Source: Athalassotoga saccharophila
GTDB lineage: Bacteria > Thermotogota > Thermotogae > Mesoaciditogales > Mesoaciditogaceae
Direction: 5' to 3'
NCBI RefSeq assembly: GCF_009936215.1
Contig: NZ_AP019551.1
Coordinates: forward strand, 930,708 to 954,707
Length of the DNA stretch: 24,000 nt
Shown here: one piece after another, positions 1-10,992 of the stretch
Layout of the letters: every line of letters starts with the position of its first letter
Position numbering within the stretch: the first letter of the stretch is position 1
Translations under genes and position numbers: made by a program
Notes under the pieces: model-generated
The model's database searches: none
What the model was told of the DNA's origin: nothing
The model's input: the letters and a program-made list of their open reading frames with translations, nothing else

Positions 1-1647
1 ATCCGGCTGGTACCCAACGCTTGCGGATATTCCGTATTCGGTCTCGTTGTAATATAGGGTCTGACCATTTTCCAAGACAAAAGGCTGGAGCGTGTTGTAG
101 TATATGCTCGATGTGAAGTTCATAGGTAAATTCAGAGGAAAGATAATCCCGTAAGTCACATTTGCCGTCGGATTCACCCCGAGTGTAACCTGACCGGACA
201 GCGTGTCTCCTATGCCGTTAAGGTTCACGATACTTATATTTCCACTTCCAGTTATTCCACTGTACCATGGCTGGCCCTGTCCGGGCTGGCTTACAGACAG
301 GGAGGCACCTATTTGCCTCGGCTTATCGTTTTCGACAACCTGCACGACTATGTTGACGATCGTCGAATCGGTCGATGGAAGCGTTGGCACTATGGATACG
401 TTTGAGAAGAATTGAGTGTTCCTAAGATTGTTGTAACTTTGAATTAAACTTTGCGTCGTAAGAGGATCTCCCACTTTGAAGGCGAGTTCGCGCTTTATCA
501 AATAAGTCTTGGTTTTTGTGTTACCGGTTATCTCTATCTGGCCTATGTGTCTTTCGATGATTTTGTATTCCAAAAATCCGCCACTCATGCTTTGAAATTT
601 GTGGTATATGACCTCGGCCGAGGTCAGGAGATAACCATGATTTTGGTAATATTCTCTTATCTTTGCAAGTTGATAAAGTTGAAGGAAATTGTTTGTCGTT
701 GAAGGCGCGGTTATGCCAGCGTACCGGGCTAAATTAGATGGATTTACCTCTGTAACGCCGGTAAAGTAATATCCATCAACGGGCATTCCAGATTGGATCA
801 CGTGCGCGAGTTTGGCATTCACGACGAGATCTACGGCCGGAGATTTGAATGAAGAGGCCACATTTGTGGGAGTTGAGAAGTTAAGCGTCGTGTCCATAGA
901 AAAATAACCCATCTGAAAGAGTTTGGCTTGAAAATCCTGAACTGTTGATATTTTAAGGTAAGCATCATTCGGATTTGCAAACAATTTTTGGATTGGGTTC
1001 ATATTTTCATATTCCTTCATCGTGAAAAGACCTGTGGCCTTGATGATATCCTCGGAAGTAAGGGATCCGTAATCACCGGTTAGTTTTAAGTCCCATACGG
1101 CATATTCATTTACCGTTATCTTTAATTTCCCGTCCGGCACTATTATTGAATTTCCGCTTTGAACTATGTTGGTCTGGATACCTATTATGTTGGCAAGGTA
1201 TCCCGCGCTTGTGTAAAGGTTCATTATGTTTTGAAAGGAATTTTTAAGGCTGACGAGATTTAACACTTCACTTGCTTTGACCGTTATGGCATCTTTTATT
1301 TTGTCGATACTCACGAGGTCAGGGCCATTCACACTCACATCTACAGATTTTATGACCGGGTTTTCAACAACGACTATCACAAGACCTGGACCTATCGGTG
1401 AATACTCTATCTTTGGCTCTATGTAAGAGAAATATCCCGTTTCGTAGAGTGATTGGAGCGCTTGATAGAGCGCATTGGTGTTGAGAGGCTGTCCGATCTT
1501 TACGGCGTTGGACAATTTCGAAGTTATTATAGAGGTCGCAAGACTCGTGTTCCCCTCGATCTTCAAAAATGAGATCGTTTGGACTTGAGAGAATGAAACC
1601 ATCGTTATGGAAATAATCAGTACCAGCAAAACAAGATATTTCTTCAT
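1..1647 (-). CDS. BamA/Omp85-family outer membrane protein, POTRA-containing N-terminal part (3' end lies beyond the left edge)
   Basis: Manual translation from ATG at 1647 is open to base 1 (549 codons, no stop), which is why it is missing from the ORF track. Signal peptide MKKYLVLLVLIISITMVSFSQ; POTRA-like segments such as GQIEITGNTKTKTYLIKRELAFKVGDPLTTQSLIQSYNNLRNTQFFSNVSI followed by start of a beta-rich membrane domain (VENDKPRQIGASLSVSQPGQGQPWYSGITGSGNISIVNLNGIGDTLSGQ). SD GGAGG directly after the argS stop. Confidence 0.85.
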   Translation of the reverse strand, partial: MKKYLVLLVLIISITMVSFSQVQTISFLKIEGNTSLATSIITSKLSNAVKIGQPLNTNALYQALQSLYETGYFSYIEPKIEYSPIGPGLVIVVVENPVIKSVDVSVNGPDLVSIDKIKDAITVKASEVLNLVSLKNSFQNIMNLYTSAGYLANIIGIQTNIVQSGNSIIVPDGKLKITVNEYAVWDLKLTGDYGSLTSEDIIKATGLFTMKEYENMNPIQKLFANPNDAYLKISTVQDFQAKLFQMGYFSMDTTLNFSTPTNVASSFKSPAVDLVVNAKLAHVIQSGMPVDGYYFTGVTEVNPSNLARYAGITAPSTTNNFLQLYQLAKIREYYQNHGYLLTSAEVIYHKFQSMSGGFLEYKIIERHIGQIEITGNTKTKTYLIKRELAFKVGDPLTTQSLIQSYNNLRNTQFFSNVSIVPTLPSTDSTIVNIVVQVVENDKPRQIGASLSVSQPGQGQPWYSGITGSGNISIVNLNGIGDTLSGQVTLGVNPTANVTYGIIFPLNLPMNFTSSIYYNTLQPFVLENGQTLYYNETEYGISASVGYQPD

Positions 1648-1659
1648 CTTTTGAACCTC

Positions 1660-3288
1660 CTACATTTCTTCCGGCGCGCTGACGCCGATGATCGAAAGTG
1701 TAACTTCGAGGACATTCTTGACCGCAAAGCAAAGTTTAAGACGATCGCGCGAGATCTCTAAGTTTTCGGGATCGACTATTCTGTGATCCGTGTAATAGGC
1801 GTGGAATTTCTCGGAAAGAGAATATGCGTAATTGCACAATTTTTGTGGTTTTTTCTGATCGACCGCATTCAATACAACATCCGAAAATTCGTCTAATTCC
1901 CTTACGAGATCTCTTTCTTCTTTTGATATGCTATTTAGCGACGCATCTTCAAAGGCGATCTTTTTTTCCGTTGCGTTTTTCAAAAGGCTCGATATCCTCG
2001 CGTGGGCATATTGAACGTAATAGACTGGATTATCCATTTTCTTTGATTTTGCAAGTTCAACATCGAAAACAAGCGTTGTGTCGGGATCCATCATGGCAAA
2101 GAAATACCTTGTCGCATCGACACCAACGGCATCTATTAAATCTTCGAGAGTTACGAATTCACCGTGTCTTTTTGACATTCTGACTATTTCCTCGCCGCTT
2201 TTTAGAGTTACAAACTGGTGAAGGATCACGTTGAAAAATCCATCTGGTATGCCGAGAGCCTTCGATGCGGCTTCCATTCTCGGAATATACCCGTGGTGAT
2301 CAGCACCCCATATGTAATAGACCCTGTCAAAACCACGTCTGTACTTGTTAAGCATGTAGGCAATATCGGAAAAGAAGTACGTCGGATCCCCATTTTTTCT
2401 TATTATCACCCTGTCTTCTTCCGAAGGCAGTACTTTCGAGACGGCAAACCAAACAGAACCATCTTTTTCGTAGATGTATCCTCTATTCCTTAAAATCTCG
2501 AGTGCTTCATTCGTAAGGCCCGACGTGTAAAGTGTCTGTTCACTGAAATAACTATCAAATGGTACGTTCAATTTTGAAAGTGTCTTTTTTATCCATTCAA
2601 ATATCTTTGCCGTCGAGTATGACGAAAAGAACGATTGGATCTCATCATTCCATACATTCACATATCTGTCTCCGTATTTTTCGGATATCTCTTTTGCTAT
2701 GTCTATTAAATATGTGGCGACGTAATCGTCCTCTCCAAACTCAAAATGTTTCCCGTAAAGTTCGTTGTACCTTATCCATGTGGAATGACCGAGCATCTTA
2801 ACCTGACGGCCTGCATCGTTGAAGTAATACTCTCTTACCACTTTGTTTCCGACAGCCTCATTGAGCCTTGAGAGAATATCTCCTATTATCGCCTGACGGC
2901 CATGACCGACAGTCAAAGGACCGGTTGGATTCGCGCTCACGAACTCGAATTGAATCTTTTCTGAACTAACCTTTGGAATTTCGACCTTTCTGAAGTACTT
3001 TTCAACAACATTCGCGTAAAGAACTGGCGAGAGTTCGAAATTTATAAATCCCGGTCCGGCAACCTCAACCTTTTTGAAGTCGGGATCCTCTTTGAGAGAT
3101 TCGACAAGTTTCTTCGCTATGGAAAGAGGAGATGTTTTTAGGATCTTCGCGCTTATCATTGCCACATTCGTTGAATAGTCTCCGAAATTCTGAGGTGGTA
3201 TTTCAATCACGAAATCTGGTGGATTTGTATTGAAAATTTCCGAAAATTCCTTTATGATCTTTTCTTTTATAAGATTTTTAAGGTACAA
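1660..3288 (-). CDS. argS: arginyl-tRNA synthetase (class I)
   Basis: 542 aa; FVSANPTGPLTVGHGRQAIIGD (HIGH-like) motif, ADHHGYIPRMEAASKALG, MSKRHGEFVTLEDL; DALR-type C-terminus ending APEEM. Start is TTG at 3288, right after the uvrA stop. Confidence 0.95.
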   Translation of the reverse strand: MYLKNLIKEKIIKEFSEIFNTNPPDFVIEIPPQNFGDYSTNVAMISAKILKTSPLSIAKKLVESLKEDPDFKKVEVAGPGFINFELSPVLYANVVEKYFRKVEIPKVSSEKIQFEFVSANPTGPLTVGHGRQAIIGDILSRLNEAVGNKVVREYYFNDAGRQVKMLGHSTWIRYNELYGKHFEFGEDDYVATYLIDIAKEISEKYGDRYVNVWNDEIQSFFSSYSTAKIFEWIKKTLSKLNVPFDSYFSEQTLYTSGLTNEALEILRNRGYIYEKDGSVWFAVSKVLPSEEDRVIIRKNGDPTYFFSDIAYMLNKYRRGFDRVYYIWGADHHGYIPRMEAASKALGIPDGFFNVILHQFVTLKSGEEIVRMSKRHGEFVTLEDLIDAVGVDATRYFFAMMDPDTTLVFDVELAKSKKMDNPVYYVQYAHARISSLLKNATEKKIAFEDASLNSISKEERDLVRELDEFSDVVLNAVDQKKPQKLCNYAYSLSEKFHAYYTDHRIVDPENLEISRDRLKLCFAVKNVLEVTLSIIGVSAPEEM

Positions 3289-6063
3289 TTAACATCCCAC
3301 CATTTCTTCATTTAAGATCTGTCTTAAATACATTCCCGTGTAAGATTTAGAAGATTTTGTTATCTCTTCGGGCGTTCCTTGAGCCACTATCTGCCCTCCA
3401 TTTTCTCCGCCATCTGGCCCAAGGTCTATTATGTAATCGGCATTCTTTATGACATCAAGGTTATGTTCAACGACGACGACTGTATTACCCTTATCGACAA
3501 GTTGCTGGAGCACATTGACGAGTTTTTTCACGTCATGAAAATGAAGGCCGGTTGTCGGTTCATCTAAAATGTAGATGGTCTTCCCGGTCGAGATCTTTCT
3601 CAATTCAGAGGAAAGTTTGATTCTTTGGGCCTCTCCTCCCGAAAGTGTCGTCGCAGGCTGACCGAGTCTTATATAGCCAAGTCCAACGTCCTGAAGGGCC
3701 TTTAGAGGTGCCGTTATCTTTGGAATGTCCGAAAAGAATCTCAAGGCTTCATCGACAGACATTTCAAGAATTTCGCTTATATCCTTTCCTTTGTATTTGA
3801 CCTCGAGGGTTTCCTTGTTGTATCTCTTTCCGTTGCACACATCGCACTCGACGTAGACATCTGGCATGAAGTTCATCTCAACCTTTATCACTCCCTGACC
3901 GGCACACGCCTCGCATCTTCCACCTTTTACGTTGAAACTGAATCTGCCGGGGGTGTATCCTCTTATTCTTGCCTCTTCTGTCAGGGAAAAGATCTCCCTT
4001 ATGCCATCAAATGCCTTCGTGTAAGTTGCCGGATTGGATCTTGGGGTGCGACCTATCGGGCTTTGATCCACGAGGATGACCTTGTCTATCTTTTCCATTC
4101 CTTCTATGGATTCGTAAGATCCATGGGGAAGATGTGTCCTGTATATTTTGTTCATTAAAACGGGATACAAAGTCTCCATAACAAGGGAAGATTTTCCAGA
4201 TCCCGAAACGCCCGTTATGCATGTAAAGGTACCAAGCGGAATTGAAAGATCAACGGACTTCAAATTGTTATGGGTTATGCCCTTTAACCTCAAGAACTCA
4301 TTCGAACTTCTTCTCTTCGCTGGAACAGGCACGGTAAGCCTTTTACTGAGATATTTTCCAGTCAGCGTGTCAGACGAAATAAGGCCTTTAACGTCTCCGG
4401 CGTAGAGTATATTTCCTCCATTTTCTCCTGCACCGGGTCCTATGTCTACGGCAAAATCGGCAGATTTTATGACCTGTTCGTCATGCTCTACGACGATAAC
4501 GGTATTGCCGAGTTCTTTGAGATCTTCGAGCATCTTTATAAGCCTGTCTGTGTCTTTTTGGTGGAGTCCTATCGTTGGTTCATCTAAAATGTACAGAACT
4601 CCTACAAGGCGCGACCCTAACTGGGTTGCGAGTTTTATCCTTTGAGATTCTCCACCCGAAAGAGTCGATGCGGCTCTCGAAAGTGTAAGGTAATCAAGTC
4701 CAACATCTATTAAAAACTTAAGTCTTCTTTTTATTTCAATCAAAATCTCTTTTAGAATCGACTCTTCTTTTTGTGAAAGATCGAGATTGTTGAAGAAATC
4801 GTAAGATTCTTTTATGGTCATGTCCGAAATCTCGGCTATATTTTTTCCCCTGAAAGTAACGGCAAGGGCCTCGTCTTTTAGCCTCTTCCCGTGACAAAGA
4901 GAGCATGTCTTTTGAACGAGGAAGTTTTTCTCTATCCATTCCTTTATCTCTTCGGAATCGGAGTACCTATACCTGTCCATGAGATGATCTTTTAAACCTT
5001 TAAATCCGGGACCACCATCGAGAATAGCCTTTCTTACCTTTGGACTCATCTCTTTTATTTTCTTTTCGGGATCTTCACCCATCTGTTTTATCATCTTTTC
5101 GATGATATCTATCACAAAGGCCTTACCACCCTTGTAAGGTATAATTCCACCGTCCCTTATCGTTTTAGACGGATCTATGACGAGATTTTCGTCCACTTCA
5201 AGCGTATATCCTATGCCACCGCAGGCGGGACATGCGCCGTAGGGAGAATTGAATGAGAATAATTTCGGGCTTAATTCCGGAAAACTTATTCCACACACGG
5301 GGCATGCGAGTTTTTCACTGAAGTACTGGATACTTTTGTCTTCGTAGTCCATTATTTCGACCTTACCGTCGGCCTCTTTGAGCGCTATTTCTACCGACTC
5401 CACAAGTCTCTGGTGATTTTCTTTGCTGACTTTTAGCCTGTCAACTATGAGTTTTATGGTGTGTCTGACCTGTTTTTCAACCTTTATCTCTTCTTCGAGA
5501 GAGTAATCATTTCCATCGATGTTGACTCTTAAAAAGCCACGTCTTTTGAGATACTCAAAGAGATTTTTGTACTCTCCCTTCTTTTCGGTGATAAGTGGTG
5601 CGAGGATGATTATCCTTTTCTCGCCTGTATAATCTTTTTCTATTCTTTCGATGATCTCATCTATGCTTTGCTTTTCAAGTGTCCGCCCGCATTTAACGCA
5701 ATGTGGTACTCCAACTCTTGAGAATAAAAGCCTAAGGTAATCATTTATCTCCGTTACAGTTCCAACTGTCGATCTCGGATTGTGTGAGACTGTCTTTTGA
5801 TCTATCGCTATGACGGGCGATAACCCGTCTATTTCGTCAACATCGGGATGTTTTAACTCGCCGAGAAATTGCCTTGCATAATTCGAAAGAGATTCGAGAT
5901 ACCTTCTCTGTCCTTCGGCGTGGAGTGTATCAAAGGCAAGAGAAGATTTGCCAGATCCCGAAGGTCCAGTGAAAACAACAAGGGCATTTCTCGGTATCTC
6001 TACATTCACATTTTTAAGGTTATGAACGCGTGCGCCTTTAATTCTTATGAATTGCTCCAGAAT
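3289..6063 (-). CDS. uvrA: excinuclease ABC subunit A; start proposed at non-canonical ATT 6063 (or CTG 6060) rather than GTG 6009
   Basis: Two ABC ATPase halves ([30 protein letters not shown]; [24 protein letters not shown]), zinc-binding CxxC motifs, [11 protein letters not shown]. The frame upstream of GTG 6009 encodes ...[25 protein letters not shown], the conserved UvrA N-terminus. In-frame stop TGA at 6067-6069. Confidence 0.93.
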   Translation of the reverse strand: MLEQFIRIKGARVHNLKNVNVEIPRNALVVFTGPSGSGKSSLAFDTLHAEGQRRYLESLSNYARQFLGELKHPDVDEIDGLSPVIAIDQKTVSHNPRSTVGTVTEINDYLRLLFSRVGVPHCVKCGRTLEKQSIDEIIERIEKDYTGEKRIIILAPLITEKKGEYKNLFEYLKRRGFLRVNIDGNDYSLEEEIKVEKQVRHTIKLIVDRLKVSKENHQRLVESVEIALKEADGKVEIMDYEDKSIQYFSEKLACPVCGISFPELSPKLFSFNSPYGACPACGGIGYTLEVDENLVIDPSKTIRDGGIIPYKGGKAFVIDIIEKMIKQMGEDPEKKIKEMSPKVRKAILDGGPGFKGLKDHLMDRYRYSDSEEIKEWIEKNFLVQKTCSLCHGKRLKDEALAVTFRGKNIAEISDMTIKESYDFFNNLDLSQKEESILKEILIEIKRRLKFLIDVGLDYLTLSRAASTLSGGESQRIKLATQLGSRLVGVLYILDEPTIGLHQKDTDRLIKMLEDLKELGNTVIVVEHDEQVIKSADFAVDIGPGAGENGGNILYAGDVKGLISSDTLTGKYLSKRLTVPVPAKRRSSNEFLRLKGITHNNLKSVDLSIPLGTFTCITGVSGSGKSSLVMETLYPVLMNKIYRTHLPHGSYESIEGMEKIDKVILVDQSPIGRTPRSNPATYTKAFDGIREIFSLTEEARIRGYTPGRFSFNVKGGRCEACAGQGVIKVEMNFMPDVYVECDVCNGKRYNKETLEVKYKGKDISEILEMSVDEALRFFSDIPKITAPLKALQDVGLGYIRLGQPATTLSGGEAQRIKLSSELRKISTGKTIYILDEPTTGLHFHDVKKLVNVLQQLVDKGNTVVVVEHNLDVIKNADYIIDLGPDGGENGGQIVAQGTPEEITKSSKSYTGMYLRQILNEEMVGC

Positions 6064-7366
6064 CTTTCACCTCTTCTATTATTTCCTTTGCCTCTTTCAT
6101 TATTTCCTCAACTCTCTTTTCATCTTTTCCTTCGACCATGATCCTTATCAAAGGTTCTGTCCCAGAAGGTCTTAAAACGACCCTTACATTTTTCTCTTTT
6201 TTTACCCTGTCCATGAAATCTTTTACCTTTTCATCTTCCATTACGCTCAATTTGTCCCTTACATCGATATTTTGTAGTATCTGATGGTATCTACCTATTT
6301 TGGATACGAATTGTGCCGGATCGACGTTCAACTTTTTTGATGCTCTAAAAGTTTCAAGTGCTGTAACAAGTCCATCTCCCGTGCTTTCGAGATCCAAAAA
6401 GATCACATGACCGGATTGTTCTCCACCCAGACGCGAGTCGGTCTCCAACATCTTCTCGAGAACGTATCTGTCTCCAACTGGCGTCCTTAAAAACTTTATC
6501 CCATTTTTGGATAGGAATTCCTCTATAGAAAGGTTTGTCATGATCGTGCCTATGACTGTATCTCCATTTAGTCTTCCTTCATCTTTCATGCTTAACGCGT
6601 TAAGAACCATTATGTCATCTCCATCGATAATGCGACCATCCCTGCTTACTATCATGCATCTGTCCGCATCGCCATCGTTGACTATGCCGTATCTGGCCGA
6701 CGTTGTCAAGATAGCCTCTTTCATGAAGTCAAGGTAAAGGGCCCCACATTTTTCATTTATATTCATTCCGTCCGGCTTATCGTTGAAAATGAAGGATTTT
6801 ATCCCAATTTCGCGCGCGACAACCGGTACAGTCGATATAGCGGCACCATTTGCGAGATCAAAGGCAAGCGTTTCTCCTCTAAGATCTGCGTATCTTTTGA
6901 CTATCCATTCTATGTATTCGGAGATCATATCGTGGTTGACAATTCTTCCGACTGAATGACCGTATGAAACTTTATCGAGAGATTCTTCGATTTCTTCTTC
7001 GATGCTGTCAGGCAATTTGTAACCATTCGAAAAGATCTTTATGCCGTTGTGCTGCCACGGATTATGGCTGGCGCTGACCATAAAACCAACCGTTTCTTCC
7101 CTTCTTGTGAGCCACGCGAGTGTAGGGGTGGGCATGACACCGCACAATGTAACGTTTAGGCCCATAGACAAAAGACCGGAAGTTAAAGCACTCTCGATCA
7201 TCTCGCCCGAGATGCGTGTGTCTCTCGCTATCAATATTTCTTTGAACTTATGGTTGTGAGAGATCAACACGTGGGAGGCGGCCCTACCTATTTTAAAGGC
7301 CAGTTCGGCAGTCAATTCTTCATTCACTATGCCCCTTACGCCGTCTGTGCCAAAATATTTCTTCAT
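6038..7366 (-). CDS. glmM: phosphoglucosamine mutase
   Basis: 442 aa; [12 protein letters not shown]-terminus, [16 protein letters not shown] active-site loop, NDGDADRC metal loop, [15 protein letters not shown]-terminal motif. ATG overlaps the lysS stop (ATGA). Confidence 0.95.
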   Translation of the reverse strand: MKKYFGTDGVRGIVNEELTAELAFKIGRAASHVLISHNHKFKEILIARDTRISGEMIESALTSGLLSMGLNVTLCGVMPTPTLAWLTRREETVGFMVSASHNPWQHNGIKIFSNGYKLPDSIEEEIEESLDKVSYGHSVGRIVNHDMISEYIEWIVKRYADLRGETLAFDLANGAAISTVPVVAREIGIKSFIFNDKPDGMNINEKCGALYLDFMKEAILTTSARYGIVNDGDADRCMIVSRDGRIIDGDDIMVLNALSMKDEGRLNGDTVIGTIMTNLSIEEFLSKNGIKFLRTPVGDRYVLEKMLETDSRLGGEQSGHVIFLDLESTGDGLVTALETFRASKKLNVDPAQFVSKIGRYHQILQNIDVRDKLSVMEDEKVKDFMDRVKKEKNVRVVLRPSGTEPLIRIMVEGKDEKRVEEIMKEAKEIIEEVKDSGAIHKN

Positions 7367-8853
7367 TCCTCTATCTCCATTCCACTTTTGTCGAAGTTTT
7401 CAGGCTTTATAAGAGGAAAGGCTATAACATCTTTTATCGTTGCCGCATTCGTCGCAAACATGACGAGTCTATCTATGCCTATTCCAAGACCCCCCGTCGG
7501 TGGCATGCCGTACTCTATGGCCCTCAAGAAATCGAAATCCATCATTTGCGCTTCTTTGTCTCCAGAATTTCTCAAAGCGGCCTGCGCCTCAAACCTTTCC
7601 CTTTGATCGACCGGATCGTTAAGTTCGCTGAACGCGTTTGCAAGTTCATTTCCGAGCACTATGACCTCAAATCTTTCTGTTACACGCGGATCTTCTCTGT
7701 GTCTCTTTGCGAGAGGTGAGATTTCAACTGGATGCTCAAGGAGAAATGTTGGATTCGTTATCGTATCCTCGACAAGGTCCCATAACTTTTCTATGTAATG
7801 GCCTCTTTCCATTATTTCCGGAAGCGCGTCGTGATCTTTAAGAATTTTGATCATCTTGTCATCCGGATCTTCCAATATATCAACACCGAGATGATCTTTT
7901 ATGTAATCTCTCATCTTCACTCGCTTCCACGGTCTTGAGAAATCGACTGGCTTTCCCTGATATTCTATCTTTGTAGTTCCATTGACCTTTTCAATGACGT
8001 AAGAAACAAGGCGTTCTGTCAGATCCATCATGTAATTGTAATCCACGTAAGCGCGGTAACATTCTATCATCGTGAATTCCGGATTGTGTTTGTAATCTAT
8101 GCCTTCATTTCTAAAGCATTTACCTATTTCGTAGACTGCGTCAAATCCACCAACTATGTATCTTTTGAGATACAACTCGTGCGCGATCTTCAAGTACATG
8201 TCTATATCTAAGGCGTTCAAATGCGTTATGAATGGTCTTGCCGTGGCTCCTCCCGTTACAAATTGAAGGATAGGGGTTTCGACCTCTATAAATCCTTCAT
8301 CATTCATGAATTCTCTTATCATTCTTATTATTTCATATCTCGATTTAAATCTGTTGAAAGATTCCCTGTTCACCGTCATATCTACATACCTTTGTCTGTA
8401 GATCTTTTCTTTGTCTGTAAGGCCATGCCATTTTTCGGGAAGAGTCCTTATTGCCTTTGAAAGCAATTGATAATCTGCGGCAAAGACGGTTAATTCACCG
8501 GTATGAGATCTGAATGGAAAGCCTTTTATCCCAACAAAATCCCCAACCTTGATATGATCTTTGAAGAATTCGAACTTGTCCGTCCCCACTGAAACATTCA
8601 GGTATCCCTGAATCTGACCGGTTGAATCTTGCACGACGAAAAAGATCGACTTTCCTTGATATCTTACGGCCATTACGCGCCCAGCAATGGAAAGAGAGGC
8701 ACTCTCGTCCTTTTGACCATTTGTAAGGTTGTTGAATCTTTCTCTTATTTGTGAGATCTTATCCTTTACGTCAAAGGCGTAAGGATAGGGATTTACACCG
8801 AGTTTCCTTATTTCTTCAATTTCTTTTATTTTGTTGGATCTTATCTCGTCCAT
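7363..8853 (-). CDS. lysS: lysyl-tRNA synthetase, class II
   Basis: 496 aa; OB-fold region, class II motif 2 (FRNEGIDYKHNPEFTMIECY) and motif 3 (GLGIGIDRLVMFATNAATIKDVIAFP). SD AAGGAG upstream. Confidence 0.95.
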   Translation of the reverse strand: MDEIRSNKIKEIEEIRKLGVNPYPYAFDVKDKISQIRERFNNLTNGQKDESASLSIAGRVMAVRYQGKSIFFVVQDSTGQIQGYLNVSVGTDKFEFFKDHIKVGDFVGIKGFPFRSHTGELTVFAADYQLLSKAIRTLPEKWHGLTDKEKIYRQRYVDMTVNRESFNRFKSRYEIIRMIREFMNDEGFIEVETPILQFVTGGATARPFITHLNALDIDMYLKIAHELYLKRYIVGGFDAVYEIGKCFRNEGIDYKHNPEFTMIECYRAYVDYNYMMDLTERLVSYVIEKVNGTTKIEYQGKPVDFSRPWKRVKMRDYIKDHLGVDILEDPDDKMIKILKDHDALPEIMERGHYIEKLWDLVEDTITNPTFLLEHPVEISPLAKRHREDPRVTERFEVIVLGNELANAFSELNDPVDQRERFEAQAALRNSGDKEAQMMDFDFLRAIEYGMPPTGGLGIGIDRLVMFATNAATIKDVIAFPLIKPENFDKSGMEIEE

Positions 8854-8873
8854 TCAGATCTCTCCTTATCGAA

Positions 8874-9344
8874 TTATTTCTGCTCTACGTCCAAAATAAG
8901 GTATCTTTTTATACCACTTGGAGCCTTTACACGGATGGTGTCTCCGACTTTTTTCTTGTTTACAGCCTCTCCGAGCGGCGAGTCGATGGAAATTTTATTT
9001 TTGAAGATATCCGCTTCCTGAGCAGTTACGAGCATCATTGTCATTTCTTTGTTTGTGCTCAGGTCTTTTAATTTAACGTAATTTCCTATGTTCACCTCGT
9101 GGGTATTTTTGCTGTTCTCAATTATAACGGCATTTGCAAGAATCTCTTCGATCTCGCTAATTCTGCTGTTGATCTTTCCCTGCTCATTTTTTGCTTCATC
9201 GTATTCGCTATTTTCACTCAAATCTCCGAATTCTCTTGCTTCTTTTATCTTTTTGGCAACTTCATTCATTAACTTTTCTTTTAACTCGGCCAGTTCTTCT
9301 TTCAAAGACTGGTATCCTTCTTTTGTCAACTGAATTTTTGCCAT
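8874..9344 (-). CDS. greA: transcription elongation factor GreA
   Basis: 156 aa; coiled coil with AREFGDLSENSEYDEAKNEQG and C-terminal ISIDSPLGEAVNKKKVGD. SD AGGAGG upstream of ATG 9344. Confidence 0.95.
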   Translation of the reverse strand: MAKIQLTKEGYQSLKEELAELKEKLMNEVAKKIKEAREFGDLSENSEYDEAKNEQGKINSRISEIEEILANAVIIENSKNTHEVNIGNYVKLKDLSTNKEMTMMLVTAQEADIFKNKISIDSPLGEAVNKKKVGDTIRVKAPSGIKRYLILDVEQK

Positions 9345-9356
9345 AAAAGACCTCCT

Positions 9357-10964
9357 TTATTCAACCGATATAAGGTAATAGTAATAAGGCTGACCACCAT
9401 AGTAAAGTTCTATGTCAACAGACGGATATCGTATCTGACACTCTTTGAAGAAGACATTCGCCTCATCTTCACTTACATCCTTACCGTAAAAGATGGTTAT
9501 CACCTCGGCATTCTCCACTCCAGCCTTTTCAAGGGCAGAGAATATCGCATCATCCATGAGATCGGCAGAGGCCACTATCTTTCCGTCGATCAAACTTATG
9601 TACTGATCTTTTTTTACTTCTAAATTCTTAAACTGGGTATCCCTGACGGCCCGCGTGATCTCTATCGATTTGACAGAGGCTATGGCTTCTTGGAAGTTCT
9701 TTTCATTCTCTAAGACTCCCTGCTGCGAATTGAATGCAAAGAGGGCTGCAAGGCCTTGTTGAATTGTAGCGGTATTGACAACTATTACCTTTTTCCCATT
9801 TGTCATCTCTTTTACAGAATTTGCGGACATTATTATGTTTGGATTGTTTGGAAAAACGAAGACAAATTTTGCATTTATACTGTCGACGGCTTCCTTTATC
9901 TGGGCCGTAGTTGGGTTTGAAGATTGTCCGCCATTTAAAACGACATCTACGCCGAGACTTTTAAAGATGGATTCAAAACCTGGCCCATCCGCTATGACTA
10001 TGATTCCATATTCTTTTGGCTCATTTGAAACTTTGCCTTCTTCTGCGCTTATTATCTGGTGGTGCTGGGTCTTCATGTTGTCTATCTTCGATTTGTAAAG
10101 TTCACCGTATTCAAGCGCCTTGTCTATGGCAACACCGGGAGTATTCGTGTGAACGTGTAATTTGAGAAGTCCAGAAGAGTTGACGAGAATGAGAGAATCG
10201 CCTATCGTGTTGTAGAATTTTCTCAATTCGTCGATGTCAACGTCTTTCGTTGTCTTAACCATTACTTCGGTACAATAAAGGTATTTAAGGTCTTCTTGGG
10301 CTATCTTTACTATTTCTCCAGTCGTGATACTTTCAACATTTAGATCTACCTTCGTTTCTCCATTCAAAACCCTGTAAAATCCCTCCATTATGTAAGAAAA
10401 ACCTTTTGCACCGGCATCCACAACTCCGGCATCGCGAAGTTTCTTCAAATATTTGGGAGTTTCATTTACAACCTCTGTAGATCTCTTCCAAAGTCTTTCC
10501 ATGAACTCGGTCATGTCTTCGGTAATGTACTTGTCTGCTTCTGTCGATAAAATCCTTATGACTGTGAGCATCGTACCTTCAACCGGTTTCATAACGGCAC
10601 TGTAAGAAACCTCTCTTGCACTTTTGAGTGCCTGAGCAAAATCCTCTGCTTTTAATATTTTTTTGCCCTTTGTTCCCTGCCTGAAACCTCTGAAGATTTG
10701 AGAAAGGATTACACCCGAATTTCCCCTTGCCCCAAGCAATGTACCGCTCTCTATTGCCTCGAGCACACTCTGAAGATCCATCTTCCCATCAAGGGCATCC
10801 AAATTCTTACTTGCCTCAAGCATCGCCGAGGCCATATTCGATCCTGTATCTCCGTCTGGAACAGGAAAGACATTCAAGGCATTTAATTCTTCTATGTGAG
10901 AAAGAAGCACTTCGGTGCCTTTTTTAAAACATATAGCCATTATTTTCCCGTCTATTGTTTTCAT
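9357..10964 (-). CDS. DAK2 domain / DegV-like fatty-acid kinase FakA (YloV) family protein
   Basis: 535 aa; LNVFPVPDGDTGSNMASAM and GARGNSGVILSQIFRG DAK2 motifs; C-terminal DAK1/DegV-like region. Start could instead be ATG 10940. Confidence 0.85.
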   Translation of the reverse strand: MKTIDGKIMAICFKKGTEVLLSHIEELNALNVFPVPDGDTGSNMASAMLEASKNLDALDGKMDLQSVLEAIESGTLLGARGNSGVILSQIFRGFRQGTKGKKILKAEDFAQALKSAREVSYSAVMKPVEGTMLTVIRILSTEADKYITEDMTEFMERLWKRSTEVVNETPKYLKKLRDAGVVDAGAKGFSYIMEGFYRVLNGETKVDLNVESITTGEIVKIAQEDLKYLYCTEVMVKTTKDVDIDELRKFYNTIGDSLILVNSSGLLKLHVHTNTPGVAIDKALEYGELYKSKIDNMKTQHHQIISAEEGKVSNEPKEYGIIVIADGPGFESIFKSLGVDVVLNGGQSSNPTTAQIKEAVDSINAKFVFVFPNNPNIIMSANSVKEMTNGKKVIVVNTATIQQGLAALFAFNSQQGVLENEKNFQEAIASVKSIEITRAVRDTQFKNLEVKKDQYISLIDGKIVASADLMDDAIFSALEKAGVENAEVITIFYGKDVSEDEANVFFKECQIRYPSVDIELYYGGQPYYYYLISVE

Positions 10965-10992
10965 GATAGATTATTCTACGTACGTCCTTTCA

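Noticed and set aside
1364-1732. 122-aa minus ORF from the track (MLCGQECPRSY...)
   Set aside because: Same strand but different frame from the BamA-like CDS and argS end; no homology-like features; the signal-peptide/POTRA frame is clearly the real one.
1824-2801. Several plus-strand ORFs opposite argS
   Set aside because: Antisense to conserved synthetase sequence, no plausible protein families or RBS context.
10965-10992. ACGTACGT palindrome between the Asp23-like gene and fakA-like gene
   Set aside because: Only 8 bp; expected by chance and no supporting context for an operator.
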